From NCBI RefSeq assembly GCF_037042905.1, contig NC_087246.1:4528001-4592000 (forward strand): DNA of 64,000 bases. The letters are read 5' to 3'. The stretch comes from Lytechinus pictus. Lineage: Eukaryota. Below, piece by piece: positions 23,889 to 38,800 of the stretch. How positions within the stretch are numbered: position 1 is the first letter of the stretch; each line of letters begins with the position of its first letter. The notes beneath the pieces are model-generated. The model had not been told where the DNA came from. It saw nothing but the letters and a program-made list of their open reading frames with translations, and did no database searches. Both the position numbers and the translations under genes were made by a program.

Positions 23889-26800
23889 ATTAAATGTTTA
23901 ACAATGAGTCATCATAAATTCACGACAGATTTCAACACTGTTAATTCCATATGCTCAGGGAGACCCGTAGGAGACAATGATTGGAGGGGCACTGAATTGT
24001 TTATGAACCATGCTGTGCCCCTCCAATGCTTTGTCTCCTCCGGGTCACGGTCCGCCACTGGGTAGTAGTACTATAGATGTTGGAATATTGGAAGTAATTC
24101 AGCACTAACAGAAGAATAAATTGCTAATTTTGCTTAATAAACAATCGTACTTATTTTTACGCAGTTATTTTTTGTATCATTAGTCAAGACAAAATCTAAC
24201 ATTCGCACATGGCCCAATGCTTCAGACATATACAAAATTGTTACTGCAATGACCCCCCCCCCCCCCTCATGAAGACCAATGTCATAACAGGTATTTTATG
24301 CAAAGAAGAAAAGAATTTAAGTTATGAAAGAAGCCAGGGAACCGCCCATAAAGTGTTGGCATTTCTTATTCTTCCACTATTTATTTCCTATACTTTCTTC
24401 AATAGGGCGAGGTTTTATAAGCGGACTATGGGCCCCTTGTAGAATTTTATTTGATCGGTAAACTTGGAGATATTGACACAGTGGGAGGCATTCTAAACAC
24501 GTCTCCTAACTTGTCTAGGGCAACTAATACATGTAATATGGAAATAAATATGAAATACAGGCTTAGAGAATATAGGAATGTAAAAGAGTGGGCGAGAAAT
24601 GAAGGAGAGAGCGGTGAGAAAAAGAGAGGGGTAGAGGAGAGGGGGCGAAGGGGGGGGGGGGGGTGGTTCAATAGCGAAATTAGTCAATCAACATACACTT
24701 ATACATAGAGACTTCATGGAGTATTATATAACACCTTTTAATAAGATGTACATTTACGATTATTGAGGAAATGTTGTATATCATGAGATAAATTTTAAGT
24801 CATCTCGAACAATAAAAATGCTAGACGCTATCTGACCACGATAAAATAGTTTGATAACATCTATGCAACATTAAGAAGCAATACATATATTTATTAAATT
24901 ATTCCCATAATGTTTTTTTTTAATAAGTAGCAATAAAATTACAATACACAATGGAATCCAGTTTGCACCCACCATTCGTTGCCATGTCCGGTAAGCCTCT
25001 GGCAAGCTATCATTTACGACATAGATTAGGTAGCACGCATCGAGTAAGATCTATAATATCAAAACGTATGATCTGTATCTGTGTATCATGTTTTATTTTC
25101 TACATATACTTGATGATGATTTTGCAAGATAGAGATCACTAGGTAACAATCAACCATAACCGGGCGATGATGTGAGACCTCGTCAAACTCAAATAGATTT
25201 GTTTACACTGAAATGTGAACAATCACTAATATAGACCAGTGCTTGCTCTTTCTCGCAGTGTTGTGTAAATACACTTTCTTTGTCGGGTCATAGTTCAGGA
25301 ATGAATGAGATGAATAGAACTGATGATTGAAACGACAATGACTTATGTGTAATTCAAATTTATTAATTGATATATTATACAAATGTCGAGAATTTTCAAA
25401 CAGTTACTTTGATAAGTAAAATCTATGTTTCAAACCTAACAGTCACATACAAGACGTGTTGTGACCATAGCAATTCAATTTCAATGTATTTCATACAATA
25501 AAAAATATTCAATGCATGCATTCAATGAATACAATTCCATGTCCAGTTATATCATAAGTTGATTTGGAGCATGTCTTATTCAATCTCAACATGGACCTAT
25601 CTAGTCCATGATCTCAAGCACTGCTGAAGAGCTATTTTGCCGACATCCATTTATGGACAGTTGTAAAACAAGATAAGACACACCCATAAAACAATGCCAT
25701 TAAGTTCAATTAAAGATTTTAATTGAATGGAACATAGTTCGAACGGTACATCGTTCTGTCTATAATGACCATGAATGCATTTAAATGGTTAGTTTACAAT
25801 TGTATTTTACGCATCCATATACAGTTAACCCTCTTCTTCCTTTAATAGTGATGTAGTGTAGGCTACATGAATCATCAGGTATTGATATACGTTATAGTTT
25901 TGTTAATTGCACACGTACATGTAGATAAGATGTTTATGTCATAAATGTCACGTTTTTTTGTATGCTCAATCTACTTGAGATGTCATAAAGTCCTACATTT
26001 GGCATGAATATTTGCAAAGAAGAATCAAAATGTGCCCCCATTATAATACATTTTATTTACACCAGACTACGAATATATTATTTTACTGGTACATGTATCA
26101 ATTTCCTTTATTTCAATGTAGGCCTATGTAACATAGATGAAAAAAGAAGCGTGTCACTCGACGTTAGATCCTTGACCAACCCTTACTTTAAATGCTCAAA
26201 GTAATATCAAATCCAAAATAATTAACAATGACCTTTGTGAGGAGCTCAATATAGTTGTTTCTAAGCTCAAAAACCCAAAATACCGACATCACTCCAGGTT
26301 TGCTGCATATTGTATAATTAGGAGTTCTGTTTTTTTTTTTTTTTTTTTTTACTTTAATGTATTGTTACGTTGGATTTGATTTTGGTTAGGGTTTTTTCCC
26401 ATGTTTAATCAAACCCGATTGATGGCTGGTACCATACGCAAACTTCTTCCTCGATCATGTCTATATCATACGGATGCGGTTTTCTTAGGAAATAATCCTT
26501 TGACTTATTTGGTGTTGGCATGCCTTCTATACATTGTATCAAATAACGCCGGTCTTCTCCAAAAAGAGGAAATGATAAAATTGATATGACCATCATTCGT
26601 AATGAATGACATGAACTTTATAGTATCATATCCGGAGTCTTGCTTTGCAGTGAATGACCTTGCTTACAATCATTAATGCACATTATTTTCTTCCCCCAAA
26701 TTGCTGGTGCCGGTATTTTGCTCAGATTATTCACCCGCGTTTACTTCTTCATTTATAATTTCTAATGATCTTCATATTATATGATGGTCACATTCTATTG

Positions 26801-29800
26801 TGTCTAGATAACCTCTTTATAAGATTGATAGCTTATCTACCTGTTCATAATATGTATTATTCCATGAGGGGAATTTCATAGGTGATTTATTATGCGCCAT
26901 GTAAAACAAGAATAGCAAAGAAAGGTAGTTTGAGATTTGATGTCGTTAACAATAATATACACAATGTATCGCGTCGCAAAATAAGCTTAAGAAAATTAAA
27001 AAGTTGTATATTATGAGCCCTTTTCCGAATGCCCAGTACATTTACTGGGATGAGAAGGTGATATTCAGGAGAATTGGGCTTCGGTGGAGATCATAATATA
27101 CAAAAAGGTGATTCTGGTTTGTGCTTCTCAACAAAACCCTTCTAACGAAACCATGCACATTCCACAGGAATCTGTTATGAATGACTGGACAGACGAACGG
27201 GCCCATTCAATGGGGTTTCTTTCAAAATAAGGCCCGTTATATTAACATAACAATAACCCACCTCGACAACGCCCACTGTAGACGAAAGATTATAGATGTA
27301 ATTAGTCAACATCTTTGCACTGATTTCGTATTCTTCTCGCACAAGGTTACCTTAGATGAAACCTATGTTACTAGGTCGTTGAATTTGTTTTGGTCTTTTT
27401 GTTGCCAATCTTTGGACTTCTGTGATTTCTTTCAAACTAACCCGTGTGTAGGCTTATGTTTTCTGTCTCTATGATGATAATCACACACTGACAATAATAA
27501 CAGTAAAGATGACAACAACAAAAAAATGAATAAAATGGTAACAATAATTATGGCAATAATATTGGATAATTTTTAATATAATATTTCTGTTCATGTTGTA
27601 GTTATGTGTTTTTCTTATGTCAAACGTCCAGTAATTTAACTCATGGAAAATGACAGTGGTATTAACATGAGATCTATAACATTAAGCTATTCAATATACC
27701 AGGTGTGCAATATTTGTTTTTTCGAAGGAAGTGAAAGATATGAGCATAGAACAGTAACGTACAATGTCTGAAATATAATTACACGTAACACTTTTCTATA
27801 TGGCAAGTCTACCAGAAGCTTCATTTAAATGGTTACTTCGGGCTGATAATAATGATTTGAACAGTATAGGCCTAAAGCAAGACCTGGGGAGTGTTTCATC
27901 AACATTTTCATCCGACAAGTTGTCAGATCTGACATCTTTCTCTGATGTTGATTGGCTGAGAGGTACTGTTACTATGGTAACTGTCGGATAAAATGGGACT
28001 TGTCGGATAAAACGTCTGACAAGTCCTTTCATGAAACGCTCCCCAGGGGAGCATTTCATCAACATTTTTGTCAGGTCTGACAATTTTCCTCGATTATGAT
28101 TGGCTGAGAGGCACCATTATCATAGTAACTGTCGGATAAAACATCTGACAAGTCCTTTTATGAAACGTTCCCCAGAAAAACAGAACACTGAAAATTTCAT
28201 CAAAATCGGAAAAGGAATACCAAGCTAAGGGCACTTTAAAAAATTGCATTATTTCGGCAAAACGGTTCTATATATGAATATTCAAATAAAAATCAGAATG
28301 CCCCTTTCATAAACCCAATAAAACACAATTATGCGGCTAATAGCAGCATAATTTGGTCGTAAAATCAGAGGAGGACAAGAGTTATCCGCATTATTCTGAT
28401 GCTGCTATTATCCGCATAATAGCGGCATCGGGACAAGATTTAAGTTTATGAACGTATTTCCAAATAATGCGGATAATTGCCATGGGTGCGGTCACAAGGT
28501 CACCCTTTTCCAACACAACCGCATTGGAGGGGGCGTGTCCAGTTGTCATGACGATTATCCGCCTTTTTCAGGACGGGCGCTCGTAAAAATAATTTATGGA
28601 GTTTGTGAACGCAATTTTTATTGAATTATCCGCATTACTCTTAGGCGGCTAATTGGAGGATATGTTTTATTGGGTTTATGAAAGGGGTATAAATACCACC
28701 CTTTTCAATCTCCAGCAAACGATTATCAGTTTGTAAGGGTATGTTTAAGATTGAAATATTTATTGACTTCAGGAAAGTATTTTTTCCATAGCAACGGATC
28801 CTATTACAAAATAATGAGTGGTTTCCTAGTATACAGCCACCTGAGTGGTTTCCTAGTATACAGCCACTCCATTAACAGAATGATGGTAGGAGTTTGTAAT
28901 CAAATTGGTGAGGCATGAAGACTTATGGAGGGTGGGAGGGAGGCGTTGTCCTTCCATATTATTCAAATGTAAATAAATTTTTTGTACTAATACAGGCAGT
29001 GTTATATAACTATCTCCGGTCGATCAGTCAATGAAATGAACTGAAGTGAAGGTCCTATTTTCGGTATCACACGTGATAACTCTATCACGTGTCTTGATTT
29101 ACTTTCAGTTATTAGAAATTCGTCTGGGGTATATAATAAAGATTTCCAGGGAAATTTTATGATGTTAATACCATCATCAAATTAAGTTATGTAATTTAAT
29201 CAATGTGTAACAGCGAGTGCTATAACTTCATATTTGATTTTTTCCCCAAAACCGCTCGCTCGCTACGCTTTCCCGCGGAAAAAATAAAGCCTAAATAATC
29301 AATCATAAATCACTTCGAGAGACTTTGCTCAACTTAATTACTCCAAAAAAAAAATACTTCACGCAGATAATATTATGGTGAAAATATCCGTTTGCACCAA
29401 AATGCCAGTTTTTAAAGATGATAAAAGTGCTTTTTTGCTTCCCCCACCAAACGAAAATACGTTCCGCCGCCCCCGGAGAGGGAAGGGGGATGAGGGGATA
29501 GACGGATCAATGAAATTGATTAGTTGTCCTTGTACAGGGATTATGAATCTCCTTTAGCATGCTCATTGACATTATCATGTGGTTGCTTTTATTATGCAAA
29601 CCAGTCATATATAATTATGTAAATATGTTGCAATGTTTATAGTTCTTAGTATTCATGTGTTTATTCATTTAACACCTATTCTAATCTTTATGTGGAATGC
29701 TTGATTTCGCTTTTTTTTTCAAGTTCTGGCTTTTAATGAAATTATATATCTATTGAACTCGATTTTACCACGTAGTGGAAAAAAATAAGTGAATCTTAAT

Positions 29801-32800
29801 GGTATATATTTCGGGTTAGAAATTAATTAATGGCTGAGCCTTTTGTTTCATTGTATTCATGGTTGAAAAGATTTCAGTAGAAGGATCTGTTTAGCCTGCT
29901 TTATTTTAGAATGGAAATATAGCAACGTTGATCAATGAATTGTGATTGGTTATATTATCCTATCAAAAATTAACTTAAGCATCGGAATATAAAGAGTACC
30001 AATAATACTGCGACATTCAAAAGGGAATCAATATCATATGATAGCCCACAACAATGGCTCTAAGAAAGTCTGACTTCATTTGCATGTAATGTGTCTTCCT
30101 TCAGTAACCAGGCAGTCAGTATTTATTGAGAGGGAGAAATGTAAGAGAAAGAGGTGATTGTATTCCTGATGTACTTTGAGCTCATATTGTTCCTTTGTCA
30201 AGACAAGCCCGTCTGTAGTCATTTATACACATTGGAGAAAGAATACAACAAGCCCCCTTTTCTCATTCATGTTATCATGTGTATATTTTTTCTTCTGTTA
30301 TATGAATCAAGATATACAGATTTTCTTACAGAAATATGAGATAAGTGTAATCGAGTTTTAGTTTTGATAAAAAGTCAATATGCAATAGTCTATTATCTAT
30401 CATATGTATTTCAGTACGTGTCATGCATACTTATGTAGGAAGAATGTCATTTTGTGAGAAAAAATGAGAAAGGGAGTGGAATGTTATTTCCTCTTCAGTT
30501 CATTTCATTTATTTATAATTCCATATAAAGATAAAACAATTTACATATATCCACATACAATAGGAAGGTAATGCTTACACTTCTGCATGGTATATACAAA
30601 TAATAGTATTATCATAATAAAGGAATTAGGGAAAAGTAAAAAAAAAAAAGCCATGTTGTCTTTGAAGATTAGATATGACGAAGTCTACTAAAAGTTGATT
30701 AAATTATAAATTAAGTCAATCAAATATGAATAAATTGGCATTTGCAAGAGAAAAAAATGCAAGGGTTCTTTTTCTCTTTACGTGTACTTTATTTTGTATA
30801 TGATAATTTGATCAAGGCAATTCCAGGGGGGGGGGCGTTGAGGGGGTCAGTTATGGAGTATCTTATGATGTGTCTTAGGTATTCATGTATAATATTATTA
30901 AAATATCTTAGGCATGTTAGACAGACTGTGACTTGAAGATCCCTGGAAGCTCTTTGGTTCCCTCTCGTACTGTTTGGCGTTCTACAAATGCTTCCTTACC
31001 CCCAAAGGACGCATAAATGAATACCATCATGACAAAAATTGTAGCAACTTGCGTATATACTCATCCATTCGCCCGTTTACATGGTGTATATTTTCTGTCG
31101 CGAAGACATATCACGGTATAGCCTCCCGTTAAAACGGGGATGAAAAGATGAATGCACGGGTAATGAATTTTTGACATATTGCCATTGCGTGAGAAGGAAA
31201 GGTGACTTTATGATTGAAAATATTAATCGTTGTTGAAGAAGCTACGTCCTGCATAGACGTAAGACGTGCACATTACCCCCCCCCCCCCATTACCGCGGGG
31301 TTTTCTTTGCCTTTCATGTACTCCCCTGCTTTCTCTATTCTATAAATCTTCATCTTGTTTTGACATTATTTTATCAAGGTCAATTTGATACTTTAACTTA
31401 ATAGCCATTCTTACTACATTTTGACATCGTGTTCCACCCGGGCGTTCCACCCCTATATCACTTCTCTCTACCTCTCTCCATATCTTTCTCTCTCGATCCC
31501 TTTCTCTTCCTTCCCATCTCTTGCTATTTCCTCCACCTTTCTCTCAATTTCCCTCTGTAACTTTCTCCTCACTGTATTAATCGTACTGTCTCTCTCTTGT
31601 TATTTATACAAGTAAATGGTCAGATGACGAGAATGTAAATTTTGAGGTAATTATTTTGAACCTGGGTTACTTGCTTATAAGTCCATGGCTCTACCAACTG
31701 AGCCACCATCATGAGCTGAGAAATACTAGCCTTCTGTCCAAAAACACAAGTCAGTCAAATTGGCCGTTACAGTACCGATATTTAATACCCTTTATCGTAA
31801 GGTGATACCACAGCGGTACTTCAGGATTTCATTTTCGCCGTCGATGACGTAGTCATTGTTTTTTAGGTTCGTCATCATTTTTTCAAGAGCATTAACGACT
31901 AATCTAGGCCGATTACTTGTAGAAAATACTCGCCATAGTCACTGTCAACCATGTCAACCCTGATACAGAGCAGAGCTGATGGTACTTGCTTCTTATAATA
32001 CTTTGAAAAAGCATTGTGCGCTTTTCATCTTTACTACAACATGGCGTACAAAATGAATGTAGGCCTACACAAGGAATTGAATCATTCGTACACTTGGCAT
32101 GGAATTGGTTGATTAGAAATTGATTAAAGTCATGAAAGTAGAAGCATATTATTTCATCTTAGAGGGCTTGATGGAGCGGATCCCATGTGGGTCTACATAA
32201 TTCTATATATTTATAAATTTTGCCATTCTTTTGTTTCATCCAGGGTAAAGGTATTTTATTATGAAATATAATATGCGTGAAATCAGCACTTGTGAGTGTG
32301 TGGTTGCAGGTGTGATTATACTTTTTTCTTTTTGAATTCCCCTTAAAACCCTGTCAACACAACCTGGTTTCATCTGTGATTTGCACAAAGATATCCCTCA
32401 TCCCCATATCTCTATCTTTCTTTCTTTTTCTCTCTCTCCTCCCCCTCACTATCTTTCTTTCTTTCTTCCTTCCCTATCTATCTGCTCAAGCATTCTCTTT
32501 CTTTCTTTAAAATTATCTGTGTTAAGTCCATTGCCCATCGTGACGTCAATTGCTTTTCAGCATGGGGCCATGGCAATATTTTCGTTATCATAGGTCATTT
32601 GCAACATGCTTACCGTTAATGCGTCCCTGAACATGCCAAATAAACCAAATTTCGCCATTCTATTATATCAGGTGAGACATCCTTACCAATTTCCAAATAC
32701 ACGTTTGTCAATCTTTGCAAAGAAAATGCTGTATAAGAGATAGTTTTTCCGATAGCATTATCGTTGGGGAGAAAAAAAAAGTAGAGATTGACAGACCACT

Positions 32801-35800
32801 TGGCATGGCCAAAATGCTCAATATTAGATCGCACAGCACACACCGAATTAGTCATACGAAGAATTAAATCTATATCATTTGAACTCAAAACAATGGATAA
32901 TGATATTCGTGACTTAGTGTTTATTCACTCTTCTTTACTGAAACCACAGTAAACCTATCTAGAATGTAGGAGTTTCTCATTCCGTCATACACAAATATTT
33001 TCAAGAGGGCTAAAAACTGCAAGATAGGGTATGCGTACTCATGATATAGGATAACAAATCCCACTCAGAAAGCGATAGTATTACGGTACTACCATCAAAA
33101 TGCACATCCGCACTTAGCAATCGTCGTGTCGTCTGCAAATATTGTTATCACCAAGCGATAGGGGGTAGACAGGACAAGAAAATGCTTTAATCAAATCCCC
33201 GGTTGGCACCAGTCCAAATGTCCTCTGTTACTGTTTGTGACGTAGTTCAAGACAACGTTGAGCTTAGTACGTCCACATCTAACAAAGATATATATATATA
33301 TGTATAGGAATTCCCTGCTCCTACAATGCAATTTCCTCCAGTACTAATTAATTGATTGGAATAAACGACTAGACTAGACAGGTGTTTCTTATTAATAAGC
33401 TGTTATTTTAAATATTGTTCATGTTTATTATCACTGTTCTGAGATCCAGTCCATTGTGTTAGTCTCCACCACACATCACACAACATTGTTAATTATTTTG
33501 TTCATCATCATCATCATCATCAATGTCCAATGAACTCCGGTAAATATAAGGCATATTATGAGAAAATTAGAAAATGACTTATATAAGCTTGACAGAAGGG
33601 GGAATTCTATCACCTCAAACAGGCAATTGTGTTTTGGCATATGAATAGGAACTGTAAGAGGGGATATCTATTTCTCTTCAAACATTTTATGAGTTCAGAC
33701 TGACATAGGTTCAATGTTCTGGTGTGCTTCCTCCGGAAATAATAGATTTACTTTAAAAAAAAGTTTGGATTTAAAGATATTAATAATTTATAATGCGGGA
33801 CCACCTTAAACCATTTTGTTGTTGAAAATGTGTACATTATGAAGAATATGTGAATTCTGTCTTTGAAGGAGATAAAATGTGAATATCAATTAAATAAATA
33901 TACCAAGGACAATGATATTGATGATCGGATCCAATACACACTTAATAAATTTGCTCTAATTTACACAACGACCGGTATCTTCTGAAAATAATGTACATAC
34001 AGCAGTATGTAATGTACATATTGATGTCTACTGTCTATCAATAGCTGATTAAAATTCCGAACGATTAACATGATTTTCTTAATTCTCGTTATCAATTTTG
34101 TATTCAAAACATGAATAACAATAATAATACGTGTGACTTATAAAGCGCTATATCCACCCTTTGGAGTGCTCAAGGCATATAAAAGAGAAGAAGTAAAAAA
34201 GAAGGTTTTAAGAACATCTTTGAAAGACTCAACAGAGATACAATTTTTGATGTTTTCAGGAAGTCTGTTCCATAGTATCATGTACTTAAGATGACATTGT
34301 ATATTGCACACGTCAATAAAATTAGCCAAGGAAGAAAGAATCAATAATGAAATCCTGTGGAAATCTGTCTCCAGGGGAAACTGTAAGAGTTAGTCTGAAG
34401 AAGTTGAACCATTTCAATAAATAGGAGAGTATGGGGTGTCTAAGCAGCAAATTGAATAAAAACTATCCGATCTTAGATTATAAACTGTGTCAGAATCATA
34501 ACCTTTTCAGCTTTCGTGATGATTTTCTTTGAAAATATGCATTTAGAGCTTTAAGAAAAATCCAACACACAATGGATATAAGTGCGAACAAGAACAAGAA
34601 AACATCGATAAGGTAAAGTTGGTAAAAAGGTAGATCAAGAGACGATGGTCTGAGATAATCAACCCCATGTTTAATCGTGTGCTCGATCCAGTACGCGCTT
34701 GTGTCAGCTGCAGTCATTGGTCGATCTCTCAAGATGGCGGAAATGCGTTTACTTGATTCGGAATACACAGGTTGGCTTAGGACTTCAGTCACCCGTTCAT
34801 AAATGTTCTCTGCCGTGAGAGTATCTTTATCTAGTTGGACACCTATTCCCTTAGATACAACTCTGACGGCGATGTCAGACTGGTCTCCACCTAAAGGCAT
34901 AACAACGAGAGGAACGCCATGATACACTGCTTCAAAGATTCCACTTGATCCCCCATGGTAGACGAGAAGGCGTGTTTTAGAGTGCCCAAGCAGATCGTTG
35001 AGTGGCAACCATGGTATTACCCTAACGTTTTCAGGTAGACCTTGTACAAGACCCACCTTTGATAGGATGATGACCTTCTGTGGAATTTTCGCGAAGGCTT
35101 CGAGAAACATCCTTGGAATTTCAGGTAGAGCTGTTGTTATAGTAGAGAAGTATGATCCTAGTGAAAATACAACAACGCCATCATCTCCAGAGCTTTTCAT
35201 GAATTCTTCTACGTCATTGTCTAGTGCTTTTGCAGCTCTGGCTGTGAGTCCACCAACAGGAATAACACTGGGAGTCATAGCAAACGGTGGGTCAATCGAA
35301 AAATCAGTGTGGACTAAATATAGATTGACATGGTTATTCATTGCAATTCGAAGGTATGGGTCCAAGTCGTAATCATCTATCAGATGACTGAACGGTTCTG
35401 AAATAACAGTTCTTCGAAATTTGTGAATCATGGACAGATAGGTCAGGGTGTTCCTGAGGCGCTCGAAGAAGTTCATTCTCGGTGTCAACCTACTCATTGG
35501 TGAAGGCTGGAATGATGGGAAGAACGGAGAAGCTGCTTCCCATAAGACATATGGGTTAATATTTGTGTTTGAAAATGCTACAATTGGAATGTCTCTTACG
35601 CCCTTCTGACGCTCAAGGTGTGACTTGACATAAACACTGCATGGCCAGATGATGTTGAACACGAAAACATCGAAGGTTGATAAGCGCTCCAGAAGAGCAC
35701 TGTCTTTGAATATAACACTGCAAGCATCTCTGTTAAGATTTTGGAAGGTTTCCATCAGTTCGGATATTTCATCACCCCCTTTGTCTGAGAGAGTCAAGTA

Positions 35801-38800
35801 ACTCAACTTAGCATAAGCATCCTCGAGTTTATCCTTGAGGCCTGGGAGATTAAATCGTTCGAAATGGAACTTTTCGAAGTCTTCATTGTGGATGGATGGG
35901 TGTGGAAAGCCTTCGGCTACGAGAAAAGTCACTTCGTGTCCTTTCTTTACCAGGCTTTCACCTATAGCCCTCATGGCGATGTAGTGACTACCGTCTCCGA
36001 AGTTTGCAGACAGGAGTACATTGTAAGAATCCACCCCATCTTTGGTAGATAATGAAATCATAAGTGCAAGTATCATCACTGATTCACCAATCCTATGAAC
36101 CACCGCCATGTTCCGCCTGATCTTGATCAATCAATGACTTCAGGTAGATTCTTATAGGCTTCGTGGTAGAATTAAGGGCTAAATAAATAAAAAAGCACAA
36201 CTTTTGTTATCCTCTGGCTTCCGACCATTTCGTGCATGCTGGTCCATTCAGTATGTCCACAAAGTGGGTGCATTAATACACCCCAAAAAAAGAAACCATA
36301 AACACATGCCCATGCCCCCATGCCACGTATACTATTGGCAATGCATATTACGTTGAGTTGGATCTATGCATGGACGACCTTTCCCCTTCAATTGGAAATG
36401 AATGAAGGAAAATCCTTATTATCTGTATCCATGCTAGAACGCATTTCTAACCGGCGAATAATTCATTCAGCTATTTGTCCTTTCACGTGTTTGATACCCT
36501 GTTGATGTGCATTCGTCCATTTATTTACACCAGCGGCCGATCACTCAATACAAATTGGTTGGAGGTAATAATATTTCGAAGTGAAGAGGACTATCAGGTA
36601 ATTTTCAAAGATGCAAACATGATCTGCAGAATATTAAGGATCACAACCTGTACGCCAAACCCTATAGGGTCTTGATCTACAACTTCATCCACTTTATGAT
36701 TTCAGTAGTTTACATAACGTTTTCCAGTAGAACCAATAAAGAGGAAATGCTTACAAATATTTAGCCTGTTCTAGATGATAGCTTAAACATGTTAAATCAG
36801 AGCATGGGCCTTCTGTAATGACTATGGATCCATGATCATAGTTCCTCGAATATAGTTTAGGATATAAATCTTGTATGAGATTTTGCTCTTTCAATTTACG
36901 CGGGATCTTCCGCAGACTTGGAAAATGCCATTGAATGCAACTTTCATTCACATGCACGCTTAACTTATGATTGTATCCCTCCGTATTTCGTCAACCAAGA
37001 AATCAATTTTCCAAATCAAATAAGTCCTGACTACTATGTTTGTCGAGAAGAAGATGGGGCATAGAATTTCTAGAGAGGGGGAGGGGGAGGCATACATCGC
37101 GCAGGCATGAAAAGATAACGATCTGACATGGTTATGGGACGAAAAAGGAAGGACGATGATAATTGATTTTTTTTTTTGAAAAATGAAGTCTGACTGCAAT
37201 TGAAGAAAACACAATTTAAAAGAGATGTCTCAATATCACCAAATATTTCGATCTATATTTTTCTACTACATATTCTTCTTCCTCCTCCTCCCCCTCCTCC
37301 TTCCTCTTCTTCTTCTTCTCCTTCTTCTTCCTCCTCCCCCTCCTCCTTTTCCTCCTCCTCTTCTTCTTCTTCTTCTTCATCATCCCTTTCTTCTTCTTCT
37401 CCTCCTCCTTTTATTCTTCTTCATCTTGTTATCTTTCTTCACTCTATGAGACATCGGTTTACTATGTTCATGAAATGCGGGATGAAATGTGGGTTGGTGG
37501 ATGTGAATGGTCGGTTTTCAAGACGAAGAGAAAATGAACGTGAAAAGAAAACTCATTAATGACGTTTGCTCGCGTGCACGATGGATGCTCCAAACCCAAA
37601 TGAAACTTTTGTCAGTAAAAGAAAAAGCTCATTATTCATCTCTATTCAACTATCAATAGTGCATTCTCCCAAGAAATATCAATTTAGAAAGAAATCATAT
37701 GAAGGAAACATCGGAGAGGCGGGCAAACATTGTCTGTAATTCATCAGGCCAAGCTCAGAAAAGATCGGTGTCAATTTACTTCTAGTAATGTCTAGAAAGC
37801 ACGAAACTTGTAACAGAATATGCAGAGAATACATGTACATCCGCTGTATGGCGTCACCGCCGACTAAACATGCAATCCCACTCTTTTTCATTTACTACAC
37901 ACATACTGTAACAACAGGTAATACATCATGCCTTGGTCTGAAAAAAAAACATTATTATTCCAACCACTCCGGGGAGTACTTATATTCCCCTCTAAATGTA
38001 TATAAGCCTACTTTATAAGCAAGATGCTTAAAAAATATACAGGGCGATTTTTCGAGGAAACACCAATATGCTATACATACAGATTTTGTATAAGAGTCAT
38101 GCGAATGGTTTGTTTTATCTGACTTTTCTGCACTTAACTCAATGAGGTGTTGACAAAATTGAAATCAGAGAGTATTATTGAAGACACACATACTCTCAAA
38201 TCGAATAGCTTGTGGGATTCAATATGCACGATGACAAGATTAAAATGCCGTGCGTAATTATAACATCCTCTCTCGCACGGAGAGACTTTCCAGATCGGAT
38301 CATCTTTGTGATACAGTAATAGCATAACTTGGGATGGTGATCGGAATACCTGAAGAAGATTGTGACCGGCGATTACCCTTTCGTCCTAATCAAAAATGAA
38401 TATGACATACATACCTTAAAAATAACTTTCCATCTGTCTGCTATTCTCGGTCAGTCGTGCCTGTGTACAGCATTCCTTCTCCTGGTCAGTTGGTCACCTT
38501 AAGTTGACCGACATACAGTCACGATGAAGTGACCTTATTCAGCTTGCTCAACAGCATCATTTTCTTCTTACAAAATCTATGAATAAAACTGGATGCTTAA
38601 ATCACAATAGGCGCAAAACATTTTTCACATTTCTCTGTGTAATGGATTGGACACCCATTGCCTAAAGGACAAGTCAAGATTTCGAATTTAATATAGCAAA
38701 ATCAAACACGCATAATGATAACACATTCATACGACAGTTCCATTTTTGTTACTTATTTTCAAAAATCAATTTATAGATTATTTTTACATTTTACAGATTT

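Noticed and set aside
25620..25650. CTGAAGA-GC...GC-CGACA hammerhead-like string (also CTGATGAGGCC at 59885)
   Set aside because: The required GAAA and flanking helices are missing.
34998..36052. Plus-strand ORFs overlapping the UGT (and 10502-11230 overlapping the Ig gene)
   Set aside because: Antisense shadows of real coding sequence.
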